From an uncultured delta proteobacterium (lineage in GTDB: Bacteria > Myxococcota > Myxococcia > Myxococcales > Anaeromyxobacteraceae): 64,000 nt of DNA. Location of the stretch: contig CAVYBH010000001.1 in NCBI GenBank assembly GCA_963766715.1, positions 128,001 through 192,000 of the forward strand, read 5' to 3'. Below, piece by piece: positions 51,356 to 62,661 of the stretch. A model generated the notes under the pieces. The model ran no database searches. It saw only the letters and a program-made list of their open reading frames with translations, and was not told the origin of the DNA. Made by a program: the position numbers and the translations under genes. Numbering within the stretch: the stretch's first letter is position 1; every line of letters starts with the position of its first letter.

Positions 51356-53352
51356 TCACCACCAGAGAAGGCGCCAGGCGAGGAGGAACACCAGCGTGGC
51401 GAGGACGAGCAGCGCGTAGAAGTGGATCTTGCCGGCGAGCAGCGCGCGCACCCGCGAGGCCGCCAGGCCGTAGCTCCGGACCCAGGGGAGGATGGTGAGG
51501 TCGAGCACGGCCTCGCGCGGCTCGGTGGAGAAGCGGGCCGAGGTGGGGAACGGCCCCCGGGGCGGCTGGAACCGCACGCGGGGCAGGAGCACCCAGCGGA
51601 ATCCGTGGTTCAGGATCTGGGCGAAGGAGCTGCCCGTGTAGGCCATCCGCGCGGTGGGGTAGGCGTAGCCGCAGCCCCACGTGTCGGCCCGGGGCGCCGC
51701 CTCGACCCGGAGGCGGCGGCGCACGAGGAGGAGCAGCCCGGCGAGCGCCACCAGCACGAGCGCGACCCCGCTCACGCCCGCGGCCGAGGCGCCGACGGTC
51801 GCGGCGGGACCGGCGAGCGCGGAGAGCGGCAGCCCCGACCAGGCCGCCGCGCCTCGCGCCAGCGCCGGGAGGAGCAGGACCGGGAGGGCGCCCACCACGA
51901 CGCAGGCGACGGCGAGCACGCCCATCGGCACCAGCATGGCGCGGGGCGACTCGTGGGCGCCCATCGCCTCGGCGGTGCGCGGCGGGCCGAGGAACACCGT
52001 CCCCTGCACCTTCACGAAGCAGGCGGCCGCCAGCGCGCCCACCAGCCCGAGCGCGGGCGCCGCCACCACCGCGAAGGAGGCCCGGTCCCCGGCCGGCAGC
52101 TCGAGGGCGCGCACCGAGCCCACGACCACCAGCCACTCGGAGACGAAGCCGTTGAGCGGCGGGAGCCCGCTGATGGCCGCCGCGCCCACCAGGAAGAGGC
52201 CGGCCGTCCAGGGCATGGCGCGGCCGAGCCCGCCCAGCCGCTCGATGTCGCGGGTGCCGGTGGCGTGCTGCACCGAGCCCGCCCCGAGGAAGAGGAGCGA
52301 CTTGAAGAGCGCGTGGTTCACCACGTGGAGCGCCGCCCCGCCGAAGCCGAGGAGCACGAGCGCCGGCTCGGCCCGGGCCCGGCCGACGAGCGCCACGCCC
52401 GCACCCATGGTGATGATGCCGATGTTCTCGACCGAGTGGTAGGCGAGCAGCCGCTTCAGGTCGTGCTGGGCGAGCGCGAAGGCCACGCCGAGCACGCCGG
52501 ACGCCACGCCCAGCGCGAGGAGCGCCAGGCCCCAGGAGGCGGGCGGGGGGTCGAAGAAGCCGGTGGACCGGAGGATCCCGTAGACGCCGGTCTTGAGGAG
52601 CACGCCGGACATGAGCGCCGAGACGTGGCTGGGGGCGGCGGCGTGGGCGCCGGGGAGCCAGAAGTGGAGCGGCACGAGGCCGGCCTTCAGGCCGAACCCC
52701 ACGAGCGCCAGCACCCAGAGCCAGGCGGCCGCCGGCCCGGTGGAGCGCAGGTGCTGCCAGCCCGCGAAGTCGAAGGTCCCCCGGGCGCTGCCCACGATCG
52801 AGAAGAAGGCGAAGATCGCGAAGGTGCCGACGTGGGCGGCCACCAGGTAGACCCAGGCGGCCTTCTGCGCGTCCTTCCGCTCGGGGTCGGCCAGGATGAG
52901 GAAGAAGCCGCAGATCGCCATGACCTCCCAGGCGAAGAGGAAGAGCATGGCGTTGTCGGAGAGCAGCACGAGCGCCATCGTGGCGGTGACGAGGCCGTAC
53001 CAGAGCTGGAGCCGCACCGCGCGCGCCCCGAGGCGCGCCTGCGGCCAGTAGGCGAGCCCGTAGATCGATCCCGAGCGCCGGCACGAGGAGCACCGGCACG
53101 AGGAAGAGGGCGGAGAGCGCGTCGAGCCGCAGCGCGAGCGAGGCGTGGGGCTGGTGCCACTCGAACCGGGCCACGAAGGGGGCGCCGCCGGCCAGCACGG
53201 ACGACGGCGGCGGCGATGCCGAGCGCGGCGGCGAGGCAGAGCGCGCCCGCCGAGAGCCGCTGCCCGAGCACCGGCCGCCGCCAGAGCAGGAGCCCGGGGA
53301 GGCCGCTCCCGGCGGCCAGGGCGACGGCCGAGATGGCGAGCGCGCCCGTCAC
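51356..53352 (-). CDS. HyfB-like antiporter-type subunit, copy 2; frameshifts near 53200 and 53068
   Basis: FAWEVMA, GFGLKAGLVPLHFWLPGAHAAAPSHVSALMSG, KRLLAYHSVENIG, NHALFKSLLF, PPLNGFVSEW, TWGCGY. Confidence 0.87.
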
Positions 53353-55343
53353 CGGATCCGTCCCTGCAAGGCCACCGCCGCGAGCAGCGCGAGCACCGTG
53401 ACCACGGTGTAGAGGAGCTGGAGGTGCAGGAGGCCCGCCTGGAACCGGCGCAGCCGGCTCATCCGGTCGGCGAGGACGCGGAAGAGCGGGTCGAAGAGGC
53501 GGGTGCGGGCCGGGTCCTGGGGCTCGGTCCGGAAGGAGGCCCGGCCCGGGAAGATGCCCCGCGGGACCTGGACGTGGATCCTCGGGCGCAGGGGCCGCGG
53601 CACCAGGCCGGAGAGGATGGACTGCGCGTAGGACGAGGCCGTGTACTCCATCCGCGGCGTCGGAGCGGTGAAGCCGCACCCCCAGGTCTCCGAGGCGGCG
53701 GGCTGGGGCCCGCGCAGGCGCTGGCCGAGCCAGGCGAGCGCGCCGGCCAGGACGAGGAACACGAGCCCCAGCGTCCGGGGGGCGGCCGACGAGGCCGCTG
53801 CGGGCACGAGCGCCGCGGCGACCTGCGCCCCGCCCAGCTGGGCCGCCGCCGGGGTGAGGAGCCGGAGCGGAAACACCGGGAAGACGCCGAAGACCACGCA
53901 GCCGGCGGCGAGCGGCACGAGCGGCAGCCAGCCGGAAGACGGGACCTCGTGCGCGGAGGCGGCCTCCGGGCTCCGGGGCGAGCCGAGCAGGGCCACGCCG
54001 GCGATGCGCGTGAAGGAGATGGCGGCGAGCGCCCCCACCAGCGCGAGCACGGCCACGGCCAGGTAGCCCACGAGCGACTCGGCGCCGGTCGCCGCGCCGG
54101 AGCCCCAGAGCAGCCCCAGGTAGAGCAGCCACTCGGACGCGAAGCCGGAGAGCGGGGGCAGGGCGGCGAGCGAGGCCGCTCCCACCAGGAAGAGCGAGCC
54201 GGTGACGGGCAGCCGGGCGAGCAGGCCGCCCATCTTCTCCAGATCCTGGGAATGGGTGGCGTGGACCAGCGTGCCGGCGCCCAGGAAGGCGAGCCCCTTC
54301 ATGAGCGCGTGGTTCCAGACGTGGAAGAGGGCGCCGCCGAACCCGAGCGCGGCGACCACGGGCAGCCCCTCCGCCGAGGCCGCCACGCCGACCCCGAGGC
54401 CGAGCACCACCAGCCCGACGTTCTCGACGCTGGAGTAGGCGAGCGCCCGCTTGAGATCTTCCTGGCCGAGGGTGAGCGTGATGGCGACGAGCGCGCTGCC
54501 GAGCCCGATGGCCCCGAGCAGGATGCCGTAGCCCACCGGCAGGGGCGGGAGGAAGCCGAGCAGCCGGACGAGGCCGTAGACGCCGGTCTTGATCATCACG
54601 GCCGAGAGCAGCGCCGAGACGTGGCTCGGGGCGGCCGGGTGGGCCTCGGGGAGCCAGACGTGCAGCGGGATGAGGCCGGCCTTGGTGCCGAAGCCGACCA
54701 GCCCGAGCCCGAAGAGGATCGCAGGCGCCACCGTGGCGCTCCCGCGCAGGGCCTCGAACCGGGTGAAGTCGAAGCCGCCCGCCTGCCGGCCCAGGAGCAC
54801 GAAGAGCGCCATCAGGAAGGCGGTGCCGACGTGGGAGGCGACCAGGAAGACGAAGCCGGCGCGCCGGACGTGGAGCTTCTCGTCGTCGAAGGTGACGAGC
54901 GCGAACGACGCGATCGTCATGACCTCCCAGGCGACCAGGAAGAGCACGCCGTCGGCGGCGGCCAGCACGAGCGAGATGGCGACGAGGAGCAGGTCGTAGA
55001 AGAAGACGAACGCGCCCAGCGGACGCCGCCCCACGTAGGGCTTCATGTAGCCGGCGCCGAAGGCCGAGGCCGGGATGGCCACGGCGAACAGCGCCACCTG
55101 GAAGAAGGCGGCGATCGGGTCGAGGCGCAGGTGGAAGGCCCCCACCGGCTCCGACCAGGGGAGGATCCGCTCGACCGGGGCGGCGCCGAGCAGGAAGGGG
55201 AGGACCGCGGCGAGGCCGAGCAGGCTCCCCGCCACGGCGGCGGCGGTGCCGACGCGCAAGGCCAGCGCCGGCCGTCGCCGGAGGAGGAGGCCGGACAGGG
55301 CCCCGGCCAGGAGCACGAGGAGCGCCGCGAGGTAGAGGCTCAC
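53349..55343 (-). CDS. HyfB-like antiporter-type subunit, copy 1
   Basis: VAWEVMT, GFGTKAGLIPLHVWLPEAHPAAPSHVSALLS, KRALAYSSVENVG, NHALMKG, PPLSGFASEW, TWGCGF. Confidence 0.9.
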   Translation of the reverse strand: MSLYLAALLVLLAGALSGLLLRRRPALALRVGTAAAVAGSLLGLAAVLPFLLGAAPVERILPWSEPVGAFHLRLDPIAAFFQVALFAVAIPASAFGAGYMKPYVGRRPLGAFVFFYDLLLVAISLVLAAADGVLFLVAWEVMTIASFALVTFDDEKLHVRRAGFVFLVASHVGTAFLMALFVLLGRQAGGFDFTRFEALRGSATVAPAILFGLGLVGFGTKAGLIPLHVWLPEAHPAAPSHVSALLSAVMIKTGVYGLVRLLGFLPPLPVGYGILLGAIGLGSALVAITLTLGQEDLKRALAYSSVENVGLVVLGLGVGVAASAEGLPVVAALGFGGALFHVWNHALMKGLAFLGAGTLVHATHSQDLEKMGGLLARLPVTGSLFLVGAASLAALPPLSGFASEWLLYLGLLWGSGAATGAESLVGYLAVAVLALVGALAAISFTRIAGVALLGSPRSPEAASAHEVPSSGWLPLVPLAAGCVVFGVFPVFPLRLLTPAAAQLGGAQVAAALVPAAASSAAPRTLGLVFLVLAGALAWLGQRLRGPQPAASETWGCGFTAPTPRMEYTASSYAQSILSGLVPRPLRPRIHVQVPRGIFPGRASFRTEPQDPARTRLFDPLFRVLADRMSRLRRFQAGLLHLQLLYTVVTVLALLAAVALQGRIR

Positions 55344-56048
55344 GCGCCGTCACTCCGGGCGGTGCCCTCTTCCCGGGCCCGCGAGAGCGCGCCCTCCACC
55401 CGCTCGATCTCGGCGAGGATCTCCTCGTCGGGGGCCCGCGCGGCGAGCTTGGCCGCCACGCCGGGATCGCGGAGCGCCGTGGCCACCGCGGCGAGCAGGT
55501 GCAGGTGGAGCCGGGTCGAGGGGGAGACGAGCAGGCAGAGGGTGTGGATGGGCAGGCCGTCCCCGAGGTGGACCGGGGGATCGGGCAGGTAGATGGCCAC
55601 CGACGGCTGGTCGACCCGGAGGACGATCGGCTCGCGCGGATGGGGAATGGCGATGCCGTTGCCGAGCGCGGTCGAGCCCAGGTGCTCCCGGGCGCGCACC
55701 ATCTGGAAGAGGAACTCCCGGTCGAGGCCCGCCGGCGCGGGCAGCTGCTCGACCATCTGCCGGAGCAGCCGGTCCGGGTCCCCGCCGGGGAGGCCGCGGT
55801 GGATCCCGCCGGCGCGCACGAGGTGGGAGAGGGACGGGATGGCCCGTGACGGCGAGCCCCGGCTCCTCGAGGATCTCGGCGGAGACCGCCATCTTCCGCT
55901 GGGCGGCCCACTCGAGCAGCTCGATGCGGTTGAAGCGGTGCCGGTCGTCCACCAGCTGTGCGGGAAGCTCGCCACGCCTGACCCAGCGTTCCAGCACCTG
56001 CTCGGTGACTCCCAGGAGCCGTGCTGCGTCGCGCACCGTGAGCTGCAT
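55340..56048 (-). CDS. Excisionase-type HTH fused to a PTS EIIA (Ntr/Fru-type) domain; frameshift near 55845
   Basis: MQLTVRDAARLLGVTEQVLERWVRRGELPA...HRFNRIELLEW, then REHLGSTALGNGIAIPHPR and HLHLLAAVA. Confidence 0.85.
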
Positions 56049-56117
56049 CCGCGGGAAGACCTCCGGATCCGGTCTACGGCAAACCGGCCGCCCTCGCAAG
56101 GACCGAGGCGAGCCAGG

Positions 56118-57707
56118 TCACTTCGCGCCGAGGGGGCCGGAAACTTGGAGGACGTCGACGGGCGCCGAGCGGCCGCGCAGGACCCGGCGCCCCAGCTCCT
56201 GGAAGGCGAAGGCGTGGCCGGCCTGCTCGGCGGTCTCCCGGCCCACGTAGATGGTGCCGGGCGCGGCCATCGACTCCAGCCGCGCCGCGACGTTCACCGC
56301 GTCCCCGAGCACCGTGAACTCCTGGCGGTCGGGGGAGCCGAAGTTCCCGGCGATGACCCGCCCGCTGTTCACGCCGATGCGGATGGAGAAGCGGCGGTCC
56401 GCCGGAAGGGACCGGTTCGCCTCCTCCACCTTCCGGAGCATGGTCCAGGCGCAGCGGAGCGCCCGCTCGGCCCCGTCGTGGACGGGGAGGGGCGCGCCGA
56501 AGACGGCCATGACGCCGTCCCCGATGAACTTGTCGAGCGTGCCCCCCTGCTCGAAGATCGACTCCGTCATCGAGCGGAAGTGGTCGCGCAGCAGCGTCGA
56601 GAGCTCGAGCGGGGACAGCCGCTCGGTGAGGCCGGCGAAGCCCTGCACGTCGGCGAAGAGCACGGTGACGTCGTTGCGGACCTGCGCGTCGAGCGGGTCG
56701 CCGTCGGCCTGCTCGTGGGAGAGCAGGACCGACGCCACGTCCGGCGGGAAGTGGCGGAGCAGCCGCTTGCGCTGGTCCTCGATCCGGGTGGACCGGGCCA
56801 GGAAGCGGGCGCGCTCGATGGCGAGCGCGGCCTGGTAGCCGACCACCGTGGTGAGCTCGAGGTCGTCGGCGGTGAAGGGGTCGACGAAGCTGCGGTCGAG
56901 GACCAGCATGCCCAGGATGCGGTTGTCGGCCCAGACCGGCACGCAGAGGCAGGACCGGATGCCGTGGGCGATGATCGACTGGCTGCCGGTGAAGCGCAGG
57001 TCCTGCTGGGCGTCGACGGTCAGGAGCCCGGCGCGGCCTCGCGCGGCGGCCGCCAGCACGGTCTCCGACACCCGCGGCGGGGATCCCGACGGCTCGGTGG
57101 CCCGCGGGAGCATGCGCCCCGACTCGTCCATGAGCAGGATGGTGGAGCGCTCGGCGCGGACCGCGGTGGCCACGGCGTGCAGGATCTTGGCGAGCGCGCC
57201 GTCGAGGTCGGGGGCGTCGACCAGCGCGCGCCCGATGTCGTTCAGGACCGCAATCTGCCGGCGGGAGGCCGGGCCGCGACCGGTGTGGCGACGGGAGCTG
57301 GGGTCGGTGTCGCGCTTCGGCTCCGGCTCCTCGGCCTGGCGCGCCTCGGCCTGCATGTCGGCGAGGTAGCGGACGATGGTGCCGTGCTCGGCGAGCAGCG
57401 GGACGAGGGGGCGCGGGGTGAGCCCCTCGCGGAGCTCGACCTCGGTCTTGCCGAACCGGAGCCGGTACCCGGGCGCGAGCGGCGCCTCGTTCACCTTGTG
57501 CTCGTTCACCCAGGTGCCGTTGCGGGATTCCAGGTCGACCAGCCAGAGCTGGGAGCCCCGCTTCTCGAACATGGCGTGCATGCTGGAGATCCAGGGATCG
57601 GCGATCTGGACCTGGCATTCGGCCGAGCGGCCGAGCACCGTCGGAACGTCGGGGAGGAAGAACACCGTCCCTCCGCAGATTCCGTTCACGACGAAAAGCT
57701 CCGACAC
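56118..57707 (-). CDS. FHA-GAF-class III adenylate cyclase
   Basis: FHA: LGRS...ISSMHA...DLESRNGT. GAF: GIRSCLCVPV...LGMLVLD. Cyclase: VLFADVQGF, DKFIGDGVMAVFG, RIGVNSG, FTVLGDAVNVAARLE. Confidence 0.9.
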   Translation of the reverse strand: MSELFVVNGICGGTVFFLPDVPTVLGRSAECQVQIADPWISSMHAMFEKRGSQLWLVDLESRNGTWVNEHKVNEAPLAPGYRLRFGKTEVELREGLTPRPLVPLLAEHGTIVRYLADMQAEARQAEEPEPKRDTDPSSRRHTGRGPASRRQIAVLNDIGRALVDAPDLDGALAKILHAVATAVRAERSTILLMDESGRMLPRATEPSGSPPRVSETVLAAAARGRAGLLTVDAQQDLRFTGSQSIIAHGIRSCLCVPVWADNRILGMLVLDRSFVDPFTADDLELTTVVGYQAALAIERARFLARSTRIEDQRKRLLRHFPPDVASVLLSHEQADGDPLDAQVRNDVTVLFADVQGFAGLTERLSPLELSTLLRDHFRSMTESIFEQGGTLDKFIGDGVMAVFGAPLPVHDGAERALRCAWTMLRKVEEANRSLPADRRFSIRIGVNSGRVIAGNFGSPDRQEFTVLGDAVNVAARLESMAAPGTIYVGRETAEQAGHAFAFQELGRRVLRGRSAPVDVLQVSGPLGAK

Positions 57708-57776
57708 CCTACCTCCCCATTCGCCCGGTGTTTCGGTAGCTTGTGGTAGCTTAGCCGATCTCGGCGGCCGCCGCGT

Positions 57777-59399
<1,623 letters not shown>

Positions 59400-59421
59400 A
59401 CGCCGCCGGGCGGGAGCGACC

Positions 59422-60378
59422 GTGAAGGGCTTGCGCCTCCTCTTCCTCCTCGTCGCCGCCCTCGGACCGTGGGCCGGACGGGCCGCGCCTGCGCCTGCCT
59501 CCGCCGCCGCGGCCCCGGCGGCCGCACACCGGCGGCGCACCCCGGCCGCGTCCGCCGCGGACGTGGAGGCCCAGGCCCGGGCGGCCTACAAGCGGGGCGC
59601 CGACCACTACCGCGCCGGGCGCTACCGGGAAGCCATCGCCGCCTTCCAGGAGGCCAACCGGCTGAAGCCCAGCCCGGCGCTCCACTTCAACATCGGCCAG
59701 GCCTGGGAGAAGCTCGGCGACCTGCCGGCGGCGCTGGCCTCCTACGCGCGCTACCTCCGGCTGGACCCGAAGGCGCCCAACCGGGAGGCGGTGGAGCGCA
59801 CCGAGCGGAGCCTGGAGACCCGGCTCGCGGCGACCGGGCTCCAGATGCTCCACGTCACCACGCTGCCGCCGGACGCCGACGTCTCGGTGGACGGGGGCGC
59901 CGGGGCGCGCGCCCCGCTCGACGCCGCGTTCGCGCCCGGGCGTCACGCGGTGGCGGCCGCGGCTCCCGGCCACCGGGCGGCCAAGGTCGACGTCGAGCTG
60001 CCCCTCGACCACTCCGTGGCCGTCCAAATCGCCCTCGAGCCCGGGCAGGAGCCGGCTCCCGGGGCGCTCGCGGCCACGCCTCCCGCGCCGCCCCTCGACG
60101 CCACCCGGCCCGCGCCGGCGCCGAAGCCGGTCGAGGAGAAGAGCTGGCTGGGACCGATCATCGCCGGGAGCCTGGGCGTGGTCGCGGCGGGAGCCGGCGT
60201 GATCCTGGGCCTCCAGGCCCGCAACGCGCAGAACCAGCTCCTCGCCGGAGGGAACGATCGGCAGCAGGCCGACGCGCTCGTCACCCGCGCCAAGAACGAC
60301 GCGGCCGCGGCGAACGTCCTCTACGGGGTGGCGGGCGCAGCGGTGCTCACCGGCGGCGTGCTGGCCATCGCCTTCTAG
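59422..60378 (+). CDS. Exported TPR + PEGA domain protein with C-terminal hydrophobic segments
   Basis: Signal peptide KGLRLLFLLVAALG; TPRs AIAAFQEA...FNIGQAWEKLG...YARYLRLDP; PEGA VTTLPPDADVSVDG...PGRHAV...PGH. Confidence 0.8.
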   Translation: MKGLRLLFLLVAALGPWAGRAAPAPASAAAAPAAAHRRRTPAASAADVEAQARAAYKRGADHYRAGRYREAIAAFQEANRLKPSPALHFNIGQAWEKLGDLPAALASYARYLRLDPKAPNREAVERTERSLETRLAATGLQMLHVTTLPPDADVSVDGGAGARAPLDAAFAPGRHAVAAAAPGHRAAKVDVELPLDHSVAVQIALEPGQEPAPGALAATPPAPPLDATRPAPAPKPVEEKSWLGPIIAGSLGVVAAGAGVILGLQARNAQNQLLAGGNDRQQADALVTRAKNDAAAANVLYGVAGAAVLTGGVLAIAF

Positions 60379-60387
60379 GGCCGGCCG

Positions 60388-61443
60388 TCACTCGCCCGAC
60401 TCGCCCAGATCGGCGCCCGCCTTGGTGAGCTCGCCCATGACCACCGTCGCGTAGGAGCCGCGCGGCAGGTCGAAGGAGGCGCGGTAGCCGCCGTCCTCCG
60501 GCTCGAAGGTCACGGAGAGCGGGATCCGCCCGGCGCGCCGGGTGCCCTCGGTCTCGCCGCCGCCGCGCGCCAGGTCGGCCACGGTCACGCCGTCCGCGGC
60601 GAGCAGCGACAGCTCCCGCTCCCCGGCTGCGCCGCCGGCGGGGCGGAGCTTGTGGCCGAACATGGGACCGGCCGGCGAGATCTCGAAGCGATCGACGCGG
60701 GGCTGGTCGGTCTCCGGATCCTCGCAGGTGAACACGCCGCCGTTGTCGAGCTTCTTCATGGCGTCGCCGGCCAGCGCCCGGGCGAAGAGCCCGTCGGCCA
60801 TCCGCGCGGACAGCCAGCGGTTGAAGAGGAGCGACTGCCAGGCCGACAGGGTCAGCCGGCGCAGGAAGCGATCGCGCGAGGCGCGGCGCGCCTCCGGGTC
60901 GGGAGCGCCGAGGAGGATGGCGCGCCCCAGGTCGGCGTTGCGGCCGTCGGCGCCGAAGCGCTGCGCGCCGAAGAAGTTGGGCAGGCCGCGCACCGAGAGC
61001 GCCTCGGCCACGGCGCGCGCCGCCGCCAGGTCGCCGCCGCGCACCACGATGGAGAACCGGTTGCCGCGGGAGTGGCCGGTGCGGAGCTTGTTGCCGTGCC
61101 GGGTGGCGCGCAGCACGTGGTAGCCCTCGCCGGCGAGCCCCGCCGGGTCCGGATCCCGGGCCACCGGGAAGGAGAGCCACTGCGTGGTCACCGCCTGGCG
61201 GTCCTTCAGCCCGGCCACCCCGGCGTCGCGGTCGGGGACGGAGAGCGACCGGCAGAGATCGCGGACCACGTCGCGGGTGGTGCGGCCGCGCTTCTCCACG
61301 AGCAGCCAGAGGTGGGCGCCGCTGCCGGAGGGCTCGTAGGCCGGGATCTCGTCGACCCGGAAGTCCTCCGGGGTGGCCTTCACGGCCCCGCCGGAGCCGG
61401 GGAGATCGGCGGTGACGCAGGGAAGGGAGGGGACGGGGGTCAC
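60388..61443 (-). CDS. truD: tRNA pseudouridine(13) synthase TruD
   Basis: PEDFRVDEI, AGLKDRQAVTTQW, KLRTGHSRGNRFSI, PNFFGAQRFG, SAWQSLLFN, FDLPRGSYAT. Confidence 0.95.
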   Translation of the reverse strand: MTPVPSLPCVTADLPGSGGAVKATPEDFRVDEIPAYEPSGSGAHLWLLVEKRGRTTRDVVRDLCRSLSVPDRDAGVAGLKDRQAVTTQWLSFPVARDPDPAGLAGEGYHVLRATRHGNKLRTGHSRGNRFSIVVRGGDLAAARAVAEALSVRGLPNFFGAQRFGADGRNADLGRAILLGAPDPEARRASRDRFLRRLTLSAWQSLLFNRWLSARMADGLFARALAGDAMKKLDNGGVFTCEDPETDQPRVDRFEISPAGPMFGHKLRPAGGAAGERELSLLAADGVTVADLARGGGETEGTRRAGRIPLSVTFEPEDGGYRASFDLPRGSYATVVMGELTKAGADLGESGE

Positions 61444-62660
61444 GGGGCCGCCACCGCCGCCTCGACCTCCTCGAGGCGGCGCTTCACGGACTGCGAGACG
61501 GCCTCGTCGTCGTCCCGGGGCAGCCGCTCGCCGGCCTGGAACAGGTAGAAGAACATCAGATCCCGCATCGCGGCGAGCAGGATCCGGGGGCGATCGCCGC
61601 GCGGGTCGAGCCGGGCCGCGTCGCCGGCCCCGAGCCCGGCCACCGCCACGAGCAGGCGGTCCTCGTCGAGCGAGCCGTCGGGCTCGACGTCGAGCCCCCG
61701 CCACAGGGGTGCGTAACGCGACGTGGGGTCGGCGAGGAAGGTCGACGCGTCGGCGAGCAGGGGCGCCGTCGAGCCGTGGGCGCCCACCGCGCGGACCACC
61801 TCGCGGAAGACCTCGTTCATCCCGGAGAGGACCGCCCGCGACCGGTCGGCGCTGACGCGGCTGGCGGTCTCGGTGGTGGCCTCCAGGTACCCGGCCTCGG
61901 CCAGCCGGTAGAGGATCTTGGTGGCGTCGAACTCGGAGAGGTGGGACTCGCGCGCCACGTCGAGCACCCGCCGCCGGCCGTCGACGAGCCCCAGCAGCCG
62001 CTCCTCCTCCGGCTCGAGCGCCACCGGGTCGCGCGGCTCGCGGCGCCGCAGGAAGACCTCGCCGCCGGGGATCCGGCCCCGGAAGAGCTCCATCTCGTCG
62101 ATGCGCCGGACCGCGTCCATGAGGACGGCCTGGGTGTCGAGCGAGAGGGACGGCCCGACCGCCTCGTCCTCGCCCTGCACGAGGAAGAAGACCCCGTCCC
62201 GGGCGGTGAGGACGGCGTGGAAGATGGTGGCCACCTGCTCCCGGATCACGCGCCACCGCTCGGTCATGGGCAGGGTGGCGTCGGCGGCGAAGCCGAGCCG
62301 GGCCGCCACCTCGACCACGCGCTCGCCCGCCACCTCGGACGTGGAGCCGCGGATCCGTCCCTCGTGGAACGACACCGAACGGGATCCCCCGCCGGCGAGG
62401 ACGGTGAGCGTCCCGGTCATGCGGGCCTGGTGGATGAACCCCACGAAGTCGGCGAGCGGGAAGGCGGCCAGGTCGCCGGCGAGCGTGGCGCCCGGCGCCG
62501 GCGTGGGGCCGCCCGCGGGGGGCCGTCGCACCGCGAGCAGGAGGTCCGGGGCGGAGGGGAGGAGCTCGAAGGTCCCGGCCCGGTCGGCGAGGTCGCGCCG
62601 GACCTCGTCGGTCCGGGTGGCCACCCGGCCGTGCGCGTCGATGTGGAGGAACCTCGACAC
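61440..62660 (-). CDS. DUF4388/PATAN-like domain protein
   Basis: LAGDLAAFPLADFVGFIHQARMTGTLTV...VSFHEGRI, VLMDAVRRIDE, LVDGRRRVLDVARES. Confidence 0.75.
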   Translation of the reverse strand: MSRFLHIDAHGRVATRTDEVRRDLADRAGTFELLPSAPDLLLAVRRPPAGGPTPAPGATLAGDLAAFPLADFVGFIHQARMTGTLTVLAGGGSRSVSFHEGRIRGSTSEVAGERVVEVAARLGFAADATLPMTERWRVIREQVATIFHAVLTARDGVFFLVQGEDEAVGPSLSLDTQAVLMDAVRRIDEMELFRGRIPGGEVFLRRREPRDPVALEPEEERLLGLVDGRRRVLDVARESHLSEFDATKILYRLAEAGYLEATTETASRVSADRSRAVLSGMNEVFREVVRAVGAHGSTAPLLADASTFLADPTSRYAPLWRGLDVEPDGSLDEDRLLVAVAGLGAGDAARLDPRGDRPRILLAAMRDLMFFYLFQAGERLPRDDDEAVSQSVKRRLEEVEAAVAAP

Positions 62661-62661
62661 G

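Noticed and set aside
55900..56048. Excisionase suggesting a prophage or integrative element
   Set aside because: The HTH is fused to a PTS EIIA domain, and no integrase, att-like repeat or phage gene is in the window.
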